DNA from: Flavitalea sp.
Lineage (GTDB): Bacteria; Bacteroidota; Bacteroidia; Chitinophagales; Chitinophagaceae
Reading direction: 5' to 3'
Length of the DNA stretch: 24,841 nt
Assembly: GCA_039934275.1 (NCBI GenBank)
Contig: JBDTMM010000001.1
Span: 1-24,841 of the forward strand
Below, one piece after another: positions 15,005 through 23,911 of the stretch. Numbering within the stretch: position 1 is the stretch's first letter; the number at the start of each line of letters is the position of its first letter. Position numbers and translations under genes: made by a program. The notes under the pieces were generated by a model, which had not been told where the DNA came from, did no database searches, and saw nothing but the letters and a program-made list of their open reading frames with translations.

Positions 15005-18000
15005 ATGGAAAACGCTCCTGTTTGTAACTACATGGCGCATTGGGTACGCCGGAACATCTTTCACCTCACAGGAATATTTTTATTGACCATCAGTCTTAAC
15101 GTGTCTGCAAAAGGCGATAAAAATCTACGTATTGAAAACGGAAATGCGGATTTTAATGTCCCATTACCTGTTCCCATTACTGGTACCGTAACTGGTCCGA
15201 ATGGAGCACCGGTTGCAGGTGTCAATGTAATTATCAAGGGAACTACGAGGGGAACCGCCACCAGCGAAAGCGGAAAATTTACCATTGATGCGGATGCCGG
15301 TCAGGTACTGGTGATCAGTTCAGTGGGGTTTGCTACGCAGGAAGTGACCATTGGTTCCAATAACACTATCAATGTTCAATTGGTTGGTGAAAACCAATCG
15401 CTTAACGAAGTAATCGTTACGGCGCTGGGTATCAGAAAATCTGTAAAGGGATTAACCTATGCTGCGCAAAGCATCAAGGGTGACAAACTGAACAAGGCAA
15501 AGGAAACTAATGTAATAAACTCCCTTCAGGGTAAAGTTGCCGGTGTTACCATCACCAAAAATGCAACAGGCCCAGGTTCCGATTCGAAGGTGATTATCCG
15601 CGGAAACCGTTCTATTACCAATAGCAGTGAACCATTATATGTAGTAGATGGTGTGCCTTTAAATGGCAATGTCGGTATGCTTAGCTCGGATGATATTGAA
15701 AGCATGACCGTTCTTAAAGGTGCATCTGCTGCAGCATTGTATGGTAGCCAGGGGCAGAATGGTGCCATCATTATCACTACTAAAAGAGGTAAAGCCGGTG
15801 AAACAAGTGTAAACTATGTTGGCGGCATTACGCTGGACCAGGCAGCAGTTTTACCCGATCTTCAATTTCAATACGGACAGGGAGATGCAGGCGGTTACAT
15901 CGCATCATCACAACATAGCTGGGGACCAAAAATCACTGGCCAGGAAGTAGAATTGTGGAACGGTGATAAAGTGGCTATGCAAGGTCAGCCCGACAGGTTG
16001 AAAGACTTTTTCAGAAAAGCTACCACTATTAATAATACAGTGATCGTACAAGGTGGTAATGATAAAATGCAAACTTTCTTTTCTTACGGAAACACCACAG
16101 CGCAGGGTATCCTGCGAAACAATGACCTCGTAAGGCATAATCTAGACCTTAAAATAACCAACCAGATCAATTCAAAACTTTCCTTCTTTTCCAAGCTGAG
16201 CTACATCTATGAAAAAGTAGACAACCGCGTTGAGCCAGGTGATGCAGGAACATACACGCTTCCGTCTATTTACCGTGCACCGGTAACCATTCCGATCAGT
16301 GAAATGCAAAAATTTAACTACTACGACGAAGCAGGTACGGAAAAACAGAGTTACTGGAGCCCGGGTTCATCAGTACAGGTTAATCCTTACTGGGCCCTGA
16401 ATCGTGTATTGTATTTTCAGAAACAGGAACGTTTAATTGGATTGATATCTGCGAAATATGAATTTACCGACTGGTTAAATCTTCAGGTTCGCGGAAGCAT
16501 TGACAAACGCATTACTAATACTGACCATAAGGTTTATGATGACAGCTATTTTAGCCAGGTTGGGTCTGACTACGAACGGGGCGAAAATAAGCTTCAGGGA
16601 AGTAATATAGATGCGTTGTTGTCATTCAATCATGCACTTTCAAAAGATTTCAACCTGTCAGGAAACATTGGTGCATCCGTGCAGGAAAGCAAGTACGAAT
16701 CAAATTCAGAACAGGCAAATGGGTTAAATAAAGCGAATTTCTTTTTCCTGGCCAATGCAAAGGCTCCGTTTGCGACAAACTCTTTTGGACAATCCCCGCA
16801 GGTTCAATCATTATATGCCACTGCAACAATTTCCTATAAGGAATACTTATACTTTGATGTAACAGCAAGAAACGACTGGTCATCAGCCTTGCCTAAAGCA
16901 AACCGCTCATACTTCTACCCATCTTTCGGGTTGTCTGCAATTGTATCTGAAATGACCAAAATGCCAGACTGGGTAACTTATGGAAAAGTGAGGATATCTT
17001 CTGCCGGTTCAGGTTTTGGTGGCACAGAATATCTTAACCGTAACTATTTCCGTGTTGCCTCAGCAGGTATAATATCAACACCAGATATTATATCCTTAGG
17101 AAACTATAAACCGGAATTCACCAAAGCATTTGAAACCGGTTTAGACTGGCGCTTTTTCAATAACAGGGTTGGATTTGAGTTCACCTATTATAATACAGAA
17201 ACAAAAAACCAGCTGTTGTTAATTGGTATTCCACTCGCGACTTTATTCAACGAGAAATATATAAATGCGGGATTGATACGGAACAGGGGTATTGAAGTTG
17301 CTGCAGATTATTCGCCTATAAAAACGAAAAACTTTACCTGGACCTTGGCAGGTAATTTTTCAAGAAATAAAAACAGGGTTCAGAAACTCACCCAAGAGAT
17401 TAAATCTGTGGTGATCGGCGCAGGGGATGGAGTTTACCTGATTAAAGTTGATGAAGGCAGCAGTTTTGGAGATGTATATGTTAAGGGATGGCAGAAAGAT
17501 GCCCAGGGAAGACACCTTGTTGACGCAGACGGCAGCCCAACTTTAACTGAGGGATTAAATTCATTTGTTGGAAATTACAATCCGGACTGGATGGGTGGAT
17601 TGTCAAGTACATTCACTTTCAAAAATTTCGCTTTGAGTTTCCTGATCGATCATCGCCAGGGTGGAGTAGTGATATCAGGTACACAGGCATTGATAGATGC
17701 AGATGGGCATTCAAAAGCCTCGTTGCTTGGTCGTGAAACAGGAGGAATTTTGCTTGATGCGGTAATGGCAGATGGTAGCAAGAATACGCAGCGCATTGAA
17801 TCACAGAAATACTTTGGTTTGATCGGTGGGCGTTATCCAATTGCGGGATTTTACAGTTATTCTGCAACCAATACGCGTCTCAGAGAACTTGTTTTTACGT
17901 ATACTATACCTACAAAGGCATTGGGAAAAACAAAGTTTATCAAGCGTGCTGAAGTTTCTGTAGTCGGAAGGAACCTTTTCTTCTTTGATCGCTCAGCGCC

Positions 18001-18103
18001 TATCGATCCTGAAATTACAAGGGGAGCCGATGGCGGTGGTTTGGAATATGCAGCGTTGCCTTCGACTCGTAACTATGGTTTAAATCTTAATTTATCATTC
18101 TGA
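15005..18103 (+). CDS. susC: SusC/RagA family TonB-dependent receptor
   Basis: ITGTVTG..GVNVIIKGT N-domain, plug DIESMTVLKGASAAALYG..NGAIIITTK, C-terminal YGLNLNLSF. ATG 15005 is preferred over TTG 14975. Confidence 0.96.
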   Translation: MENAPVCNYMAHWVRRNIFHLTGIFLLTISLNVSAKGDKNLRIENGNADFNVPLPVPITGTVTGPNGAPVAGVNVIIKGTTRGTATSESGKFTIDADAGQVLVISSVGFATQEVTIGSNNTINVQLVGENQSLNEVIVTALGIRKSVKGLTYAAQSIKGDKLNKAKETNVINSLQGKVAGVTITKNATGPGSDSKVIIRGNRSITNSSEPLYVVDGVPLNGNVGMLSSDDIESMTVLKGASAAALYGSQGQNGAIIITTKRGKAGETSVNYVGGITLDQAAVLPDLQFQYGQGDAGGYIASSQHSWGPKITGQEVELWNGDKVAMQGQPDRLKDFFRKATTINNTVIVQGGNDKMQTFFSYGNTTAQGILRNNDLVRHNLDLKITNQINSKLSFFSKLSYIYEKVDNRVEPGDAGTYTLPSIYRAPVTIPISEMQKFNYYDEAGTEKQSYWSPGSSVQVNPYWALNRVLYFQKQERLIGLISAKYEFTDWLNLQVRGSIDKRITNTDHKVYDDSYFSQVGSDYERGENKLQGSNIDALLSFNHALSKDFNLSGNIGASVQESKYESNSEQANGLNKANFFFLANAKAPFATNSFGQSPQVQSLYATATISYKEYLYFDVTARNDWSSALPKANRSYFYPSFGLSAIVSEMTKMPDWVTYGKVRISSAGSGFGGTEYLNRNYFRVASAGIISTPDIISLGNYKPEFTKAFETGLDWRFFNNRVGFEFTYYNTETKNQLLLIGIPLATLFNEKYINAGLIRNRGIEVAADYSPIKTKNFTWTLAGNFSRNKNRVQKLTQEIKSVVIGAGDGVYLIKVDEGSSFGDVYVKGWQKDAQGRHLVDADGSPTLTEGLNSFVGNYNPDWMGGLSSTFTFKNFALSFLIDHRQGGVVISGTQALIDADGHSKASLLGRETGGILLDAVMADGSKNTQRIESQKYFGLIGGRYPIAGFYSYSATNTRLRELVFTYTIPTKALGKTKFIKRAEVSVVGRNLFFFDRSAPIDPEITRGADGGGLEYAALPSTRNYGLNLNLSF

Positions 18104-18117
18104 TAAACTTAAATAAA

Positions 18118-19677
18118 ATGAATTACAAGAAATTATTACCAAAACGAATACTGGTGTGCGTTATGCTACTGTCGGTATTTATCTTATCAGGCTGTACAAA
18201 AAAATTCGACGAAATAAATACCGATCCTACCAGACTTCCTGTTTTAATAAACGCGGATATCAATGGGTTATTCACCAGTGCAGAATACATGGCCATGTAC
18301 TCCGGGAACGGCTCTGCAGAGTATCAGTATGCGCAGGGTTTTGTTGCTGATCTTTATTGCCAGTATTCAGCCATTACAGAAACATTCGATCCCACGGACC
18401 GTTACAACATCGTTCAGGAATGGCTGCAGGAACAATGGTTCGGTACATTCAGGGCTATGGCCCCTTTGTATAATATTATTAAGGTAACCACTGGTGATGA
18501 CAAGAAAGCGATGAACGCAATTGCACGTATCTGGAAAGTTTGGACTATCCATCGCGCAACGGATTATTATGGGCCGATGCCTTATTTCAGTATCGGAATC
18601 GATAGCACTGTTGTTCCATACGACAAACAGGAAGACATCTACCATGATCTTTTTAAAGAACTGACTGAAGCAACTGCGGTTCTCGAGGCAAATGTAGACC
18701 AGCTGTCATTTGGTGGTGCAGATTTAATTTTTGGTGGAGATAATTCAAAATGGCTGAAATTTGCAAACACACTTCGATTAAGGCTTGCCATGCGCATTTC
18801 GAATGTTGAACCTGCGCTTGCAAAAACTGAAGCGGAAGCTGCAGTAGCGAATGGTGTAATGGACGATGTTTCCGATGATGCATACCTTGCTTCTTCTCCA
18901 GTTAACTATAATGGATTCAACCGCCAGTCTGGATGGAATGAATTTAGGATGAGTGCCGCAATGCAAAGTATCCTGGTTGGTTACAGTGACCCAAGGTTAC
19001 CAAAATTTTGGCAACCGGCGGTAAATACGGGAGTTTACAAAGGGGTAAGAAACGGTATGGATGTTGGAGAAATAGTTGACGCAGCAAACGTAGCGGATAA
19101 CAACTCTCAGCCAAGTCTCCCATTGTTACCCGAAAACCTTGGATCAACACCATCAACAGTAATGCACAGTGCCGAGGCTTATTTCCTTCGTGCGGAAGGT
19201 GTGCTGAACGGATGGGACATGGGTGGAGGAACAGCCGAATCACTTTATAACCAGGGAATTGAAATGTCGATGAAAACATGGGGCATCAACGATAATACAG
19301 TGATTAATAACTATGTCAACAGTAGCGCGGTTCCCATTGCACTTAATGACATTTATAACACACCTGCCCTTACCGACATCCCTGTTAAATTCGGAACGGA
19401 TCCCGAAAAACAACGTGAACAGATCATTACACAAAAATGGATCTCTTTGTTCCCTGAAGGTCATGAGGCATGGGCTGAACATCGCAGGTCGGGCTATCCA
19501 AAATTATATCCATTATTACATTCAGATAACCCCGATGCACCGGTTGGCACTGAAATCAAACGCGTACCATTCCTAGACTATGACAGGGATAGAAATGGAG
19601 CAGCAGTTGATGCGGCAGAAGCTTTACTTGGGGGTCCGGATAAAATATCTACACGTCTTTGGTGGGATGTAAACTAA
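18118..19677 (+). CDS. susD: SusD/RagB family nutrient-binding lipoprotein
   Basis: Lipobox LSGC, INTDP, KWLKFANTLRLRLAMR, QKWISLFPEGHEAWAE.RRSGYP and LWWD; 14 bp after susC. Confidence 0.95.
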   Translation: MNYKKLLPKRILVCVMLLSVFILSGCTKKFDEINTDPTRLPVLINADINGLFTSAEYMAMYSGNGSAEYQYAQGFVADLYCQYSAITETFDPTDRYNIVQEWLQEQWFGTFRAMAPLYNIIKVTTGDDKKAMNAIARIWKVWTIHRATDYYGPMPYFSIGIDSTVVPYDKQEDIYHDLFKELTEATAVLEANVDQLSFGGADLIFGGDNSKWLKFANTLRLRLAMRISNVEPALAKTEAEAAVANGVMDDVSDDAYLASSPVNYNGFNRQSGWNEFRMSAAMQSILVGYSDPRLPKFWQPAVNTGVYKGVRNGMDVGEIVDAANVADNNSQPSLPLLPENLGSTPSTVMHSAEAYFLRAEGVLNGWDMGGGTAESLYNQGIEMSMKTWGINDNTVINNYVNSSAVPIALNDIYNTPALTDIPVKFGTDPEKQREQIITQKWISLFPEGHEAWAEHRRSGYPKLYPLLHSDNPDAPVGTEIKRVPFLDYDRDRNGAAVDAAEALLGGPDKISTRLWWDVN

Positions 19678-19698
19678 TCGTTTCATCACCATCTATAA

Positions 19699-19740
19699 AA
19701 ATGGCAGGCATTTTTCCCGAAGGAAAAATGCCTGCCATTT
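19699..19740. terminator. Bidirectional intrinsic terminator between susD and the convergent dehydrogenase
   Basis: Perfect 19-bp stem AAATGGCAGGCATTTTTCC-CGAA-GGAAAAATGCCTGCCATTT with A/T-rich flanks. Confidence 0.9.
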
Positions 19741-19772
19741 CTTTTATTCAGAATGCCTGGTGATTATTTCAA

Positions 19773-20624
19773 TTATTCAATTGCATCTTTTGAGATAATG
19801 GTCCAGTCATTTTTTGCATGACCCTTTTCCAGCCAGAAGTCCATCTTTTTCGCAACTGCCGGTACTACCATTAATGTTTTTTGTGTAGAGGCTGCTTGTT
19901 CCATCATCAGTCGAGCATCTTTGCGAGCCATTGACAGTTCCCAGGACGGCTGGTCGAAACTTTTGCTGGCTATCTTTTTTAATCTTCCCTGTGCCACTGC
20001 GCTTGGGTTAATATTCTCGAGCAATGTGCCAAGTTCTTCAATAGCAATATTCAGTGAACCTGCGAGGGTCACCAGATCTACGACACCGGCTGTAAGGCTG
20101 ATATGGAAAAGGTTGCCCAATAATTTAATGGCTGCGGCTTTGTTGGGCAGATCACCGAGGTTCCATAGTTTGCCCGTCATTCCAGATAATTCTTTTTCTA
20201 TTGTTTTTATTATGGACTGGTCACCGGAAACCATCATTATGCCGGTACTATCCAGTGCATTTGGTGGGCCCATGAATACGGGTGCATGGATGTAAGGAAA
20301 TCCTTTTCCTTTCCAATACACGCTTCGTTTGGTGGCTCCGGTTGCGGAAGTAGTAGTATGATCAATAATAATTGCTCCCTTTTCAAATCCTGAAGATGCT
20401 TTTGCAAGCACTTCTTCCACTGCTTCATCGTCGGAAACGATAATGTGAATATGATCCACCCCTTTAACTGCGTCGGCAGGATTTTCAAATGCTTTTGCCC
20501 CGAATTGTTCCAGTGCCTTCGCCTTTTCGAATGTGCGGTTCCATACGTTAACCTTCTCTCCCTTTTTTAATAATGCCTTTGTGAAGTTTGCTCCCAGCAA
20601 ACCCGTTCCAAGAAATGCGATCAT
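19773..20624 (-). CDS. NAD(P)-dependent beta-hydroxyacid dehydrogenase (3-hydroxyisobutyrate dehydrogenase/6PGD NAD-binding family)
   Basis: IAFLGTGLLG, VWNRT, APVFMGP and catalytic AAAIKLLGN motifs. Confidence 0.9.
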   Translation of the reverse strand: MIAFLGTGLLGANFTKALLKKGEKVNVWNRTFEKAKALEQFGAKAFENPADAVKGVDHIHIIVSDDEAVEEVLAKASSGFEKGAIIIDHTTTSATGATKRSVYWKGKGFPYIHAPVFMGPPNALDSTGIMMVSGDQSIIKTIEKELSGMTGKLWNLGDLPNKAAAIKLLGNLFHISLTAGVVDLVTLAGSLNIAIEELGTLLENINPSAVAQGRLKKIASKSFDQPSWELSMARKDARLMMEQAASTQKTLMVVPAVAKKMDFWLEKGHAKNDWTIISKDAIE

Positions 20625-20776
20625 CTTTAATTATTTTAAGTTTATTCTATACCAATAATGATTCTTTAACACCTGAAATTACAAAACTGTTGAGCATTAA
20701 GGTAGACAATTTCTTAACCTGCGGTAGAATTATGACAATAGTTACCCGCGCAAAGCACTAATATTTTTTCATATAA

Positions 20777-21637
20777 TTAATTGCAGCAGTCAGGACCGCA
20801 ACATGCCTTTGCCGCTGCGGGTTTATTTGCCAAAACCGTGATGCTATATATTCCTGAGACTGAATTTCTGAAATTCAATATTTCGTCGGCTGATAAATAA
20901 TTTGATAGGATGTCGTCAGGGATCACGATGATCTTTTCTTTTTGAATAACAATGTCTTCAAAACCATTCGCTGCTATCAGGTCAAGATACTCCTGTTTCT
21001 GAATTGCGCCCGACACGCATCCTGCATACATTTCAGCAGCTTCTTTCAAGTTATAGGGAAGAGATCCTTCCAGCACAATATCTGATATACTGAAATGCCC
21101 CCCTGGTTTCAGTACACGATAAATTTCAGCCATCACTCCATTTTTGTTGGGAACGAGGTTAAGTACGCAATTGCTGATCACTACATCTGCGGTATTGGCG
21201 GTAACGGGCATCTTTTCAATATCTCCCTGCCGAAATTCCACGTTATGAAGATTCAATTTCTCCGCATTCATTCTTGCCTTTTCTATCATCGCGGCTGTAA
21301 AATCTATACCGATCACTTTTCCTGTTTCACCGGTTTCTGCCCTTGCGATGAATGCATCATTTCCTGCGCCGCTGCCAAGATCAATTACTACGTTGCCTAT
21401 CTTGATCTGCGCAAATTGGGTGGGCAAACCACATCCCAGGCCAAGGTCGGCGTTGGCATTATAGCCTTCCATTTGAGTATAATCTTCACTCATGATATTG
21501 TATACTTCGGTGCTGCAGCATCCCGATCCACAGCAGGATGATTCATTGATTGTTTTATCCTGCAGCGCTATGGCACTATATTTCTGGCGGACCATTTCTT
21601 TTAATTCTTCCTGGGTTTGCATGATAATTTGTTTCAT
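20777..21637 (-). CDS. arsM: Arsenite S-adenosylmethionine methyltransferase
   Basis: LGLGCGLP, VIDLGSGAGND, ISNCVLNL, YAGCVSGA and Cys-rich ends CCGSGCC / CCGPDCC; downstream of arsR. Confidence 0.93.
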   Translation of the reverse strand: MKQIIMQTQEELKEMVRQKYSAIALQDKTINESSCCGSGCCSTEVYNIMSEDYTQMEGYNANADLGLGCGLPTQFAQIKIGNVVIDLGSGAGNDAFIARAETGETGKVIGIDFTAAMIEKARMNAEKLNLHNVEFRQGDIEKMPVTANTADVVISNCVLNLVPNKNGVMAEIYRVLKPGGHFSISDIVLEGSLPYNLKEAAEMYAGCVSGAIQKQEYLDLIAANGFEDIVIQKEKIIVIPDDILSNYLSADEILNFRNSVSGIYSITVLANKPAAAKACCGPDCCN

Positions 21638-21648
21638 AAAAATGTATT

Positions 21649-21664
21649 AATGCAATATTGCGAT
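21649..21664. promoter_or_regulatory. Second ArsR operator-like box upstream of arsM
   Basis: AATGCAATATTGCGAT, 14/16 match to the palindrome ATCGCAATATTGCGAT; core GCAATATTGC is a perfect palindrome. Confidence 0.6.
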
Positions 21665-21683
21665 GATTATATTCAAAAAATTA

Positions 21684-22013
21684 TTAACAACAGTCTTCCT
21701 TCATGGATATTTCCTTAAAAAATGAATTGAACAGATCACGGTAGCGCGCCCATATTTTAGGATTGATGCAATAACAAACTGCTGCACCATCAATATTGCC
21801 CTGGATGATGCCTGCATTTTTTAATTCTTTCAGGTGTTGTGAGGTGGTTGCCTGCGCCAGGCCCAATTCATCTACTAGATCTCCGCAAATGCATGCATTC
21901 TTTTTTAGAAGGTGTTGCAGTATGGCGATCCTGGCAGGGTGGCCAATAGCCTTTGCCATGCTGGCCAGGTAGTTCTGCTGTTTGGTGAAAAGTGCCGTTT
22001 TTGATAATCCCAT
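21684..22013 (-). CDS. arsR: ArsR/SmtB family metalloregulator
   Basis: KAIGHPARIAIL, CICGDL, LAQATTSQHLKELK and C-terminal CC. Confidence 0.95.
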   Translation of the reverse strand: MGLSKTALFTKQQNYLASMAKAIGHPARIAILQHLLKKNACICGDLVDELGLAQATTSQHLKELKNAGIIQGNIDGAAVCYCINPKIWARYRDLFNSFFKEISMKEDCC

Positions 22014-22030
22014 ATCGTAATATTACGATA
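22013..22030. promoter_or_regulatory. ArsR operator-like perfect palindrome abutting the arsR start codon
   Basis: TATCGTAATATTACGATA is a perfect 18-bp palindrome. Confidence 0.75.
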
Positions 22031-22059
22031 GAAATTTGTTTGAACAAGATATTACCACT

Positions 22060-22236
22060 TTATATTTTTGAATAGACAAGATTTTGGCTATCCCGTTTGT
22101 TTGGATCCAAAGAAAAGTCTGTGCTGAAGTCGTTAAGCTTTTTGTTGTAGCAAATTCCAAGCATTAAAGGTGCTACACCTTTTTTGTTAATCCAGTTGGC
22201 CTTAATCCAAAACAGGATACTGACATTGTTTGCCAT
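22060..22236 (-). mobile_element. Truncated tyrosine integrase (N-terminal Arm DNA-binding domain only), 58 codons
   Basis: MANNVSILFWIKANWINKKGVAPLMLGICYNKKLNDFSTDFSLDPNKRDSQ resembles the Bacteroidota integrase arm domain (ILFW..NKxGxAPxxxRI...FSTG.S.DP.KWD). It starts 233 bp downstream of the tRNA 3' end, in the same orientation. Confidence 0.8.
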
Positions 22237-22423
22237 GTGGTAGGGTTAAAAATGTCCACCTTTTAAGGGTGGGTTCACTATTGGTTTAAATTGTTCATTC
22301 TTAAAACCCATTGAAAATCTAAAAGTTAGGGAGAAAATATATAAACCTGTTTTTTGAGCTTGTACACCTTAAGAACACCTTTAAAATGGATCTTAGGGTA
22401 TTAAATAGATGCTAAGCAGAAAC

Positions 22424-22455
22424 AAAAAAGCCCATAAACGAAGTTTACAGGCTTT
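22424..22455 (-). terminator. Intrinsic terminator downstream of tRNA-Asn
   Basis: Minus strand AAAGCCUGUAAAC-UUC-GUUUAUGGGCUUU (13 bp including two G-U pairs) followed by a U tract. Confidence 0.8.
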
Positions 22456-22469
22456 AAGTATCTTTTCTG

Positions 22470-22543
22470 CTCCCCCTGCTGGACTCGAACCAGCGACCCT
22501 CTGATTAACAGTCAGATGCTCTAACCAACTGAGCTAAGGAGGA
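22470..22543 (-). tRNA. trnN: tRNA-Asn (anticodon GTT), CCA not encoded
   Basis: TCCTCCTTAGCTCAGTTGGTTAGAGCATCTGACTGTTAATCAGAGGGTCGCTGGTTCGAGTCCAGCAGGGGGAG folds into a full cloverleaf. Confidence 0.98.
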
Positions 22544-22568
22544 CTGTACCCCATTGAATTGGGGAGTG

Positions 22569-22598
22569 CAAATTTAGCCAATTCACTTAATTCTCAAA
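22569..22598 (-). promoter_or_regulatory. Bacteroidota sigma-A promoter for tRNA-Asn (TTTG-N18-TAAATTTG)
   Basis: -7 box at 22569-22576 and -33 box at 22595-22598 on the minus strand. Confidence 0.7.
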
Positions 22599-22648
22599 AT
22601 CTACTTTGATATAATATAAAATCCATTTTCTGCCCCATTTTTTGATCC

Positions 22649-22656
22649 TAAATTTG
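22649..22656 (+). promoter_or_regulatory. -7 box (TAAATTTG) of the divergent GT9 promoter
   Basis: TAnnTTTG followed by CA, 34 bp before the ATG at 22691. Confidence 0.6.
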
Positions 22657-22690
22657 CAGCCCGGCTCCGCAAACAAAGCCGCACCAGAGC

Positions 22691-23911
22691 ATGAACGTTA
22701 ACGCAATGCGCTCTATTGATAAATGGGTGGGTGTGCCACTTTGCTTCCTCGCGTCCCTGCTGTCCAATATCCGCAATCTATTCTCCTCCAAACGCGTCCC
22801 CGATACACGTAACACCCTTTTTATAGAATTATCCGAAATGGGCAGCGCCGTGATCGTGGACCCTGCCATGCGCAAGCTACGCCGCGAAACCAACGCCGAT
22901 CTTTATTTTGCCATCTTTAAAGACAACTCAAAATCGCTCGAAATACTCAATACCATCCCCAAAGAAAATGTGTTCCGGATGGATTCCTCCAACCTTTTTG
23001 CCCTTTTCTTCAGTATGCTCAGGTTCATGGGCTGGTGTCGATCTAAAAAGATCACCTGCGTAATCGACCTTGAGCTTTTCTCAAGATTTACCGCACTCCT
23101 GGGCCTGTTAAGCGGCGCCCGTTCTCGTATCGGGTTCGCCAGCTTTCACGACGAAGGATTGTACCGCGGGTCTATTATCAATTTCCCTGTGCGATACAAC
23201 GCGCACGTGCACGTGGCTGTGAACTTTGTTTCGCTCGTGAACAGGGCAATGAACAGGTTCCAGAATCCTTACGCCACCGTTGCCATCGAACACGGCGACC
23301 TTGACCTGGTACAGGCAAGCGTTCATCCCGCAAATATTGCGAAAGTGAGGGCTAAGATCAAAGCACTTTATCCTTTATGGCGCCACGAAAAAATAGTCCT
23401 GTTTAATGTAAATGCATCCGATATGCTGCCGCAGCGCCGCTGGCAACAGGAGAATTTTGCAACGGTCGCCTCACAACTACTCAATACTTTTAATGATATT
23501 ATTATTGTCGGCACCGGTGCGCATTCGGAGAGAAAATATGTACAGAAAGTTATTGACCTAAGCGGGCATCCGCGGTTTGTTAATTCTGCGGGAACATTTC
23601 TTTTTAATGAACTCGTTCCATTATACAGCATCTGCAATTTTATGCTCACCAATGATTCGGGACCTGCACATTTTGCGTCGGTAACGCCATTAAAAGTATT
23701 TGTACTATTCGGACCGGAAACGCCGGCCTTGTACTCCCCACTCGGCGGAAATGCAGAACCATTTTATTTAAAATTGCCTTGTTCACCTTGCGTGAGTGCT
23801 GCGAACCATCGTAAAACCACTTGTCTTACACGACCCTGCATCACCACCATTCAACCTTCATGGGTGGGTGGCAGACTCACCGAGTGGTTACATCAACAAC
23901 AGGTATCCTGA
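22691..23911 (+). CDS. Glycosyltransferase family 9 (heptosyltransferase-like)
   Basis: LSEMGSAV, RRWQQENF, LTNDSGPAHFAS, LFGPET and PCSPC motifs. Confidence 0.92.
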   Translation: MNVNAMRSIDKWVGVPLCFLASLLSNIRNLFSSKRVPDTRNTLFIELSEMGSAVIVDPAMRKLRRETNADLYFAIFKDNSKSLEILNTIPKENVFRMDSSNLFALFFSMLRFMGWCRSKKITCVIDLELFSRFTALLGLLSGARSRIGFASFHDEGLYRGSIINFPVRYNAHVHVAVNFVSLVNRAMNRFQNPYATVAIEHGDLDLVQASVHPANIAKVRAKIKALYPLWRHEKIVLFNVNASDMLPQRRWQQENFATVASQLLNTFNDIIIVGTGAHSERKYVQKVIDLSGHPRFVNSAGTFLFNELVPLYSICNFMLTNDSGPAHFASVTPLKVFVLFGPETPALYSPLGGNAEPFYLKLPCSPCVSAANHRKTTCLTRPCITTIQPSWVGGRLTEWLHQQQVS

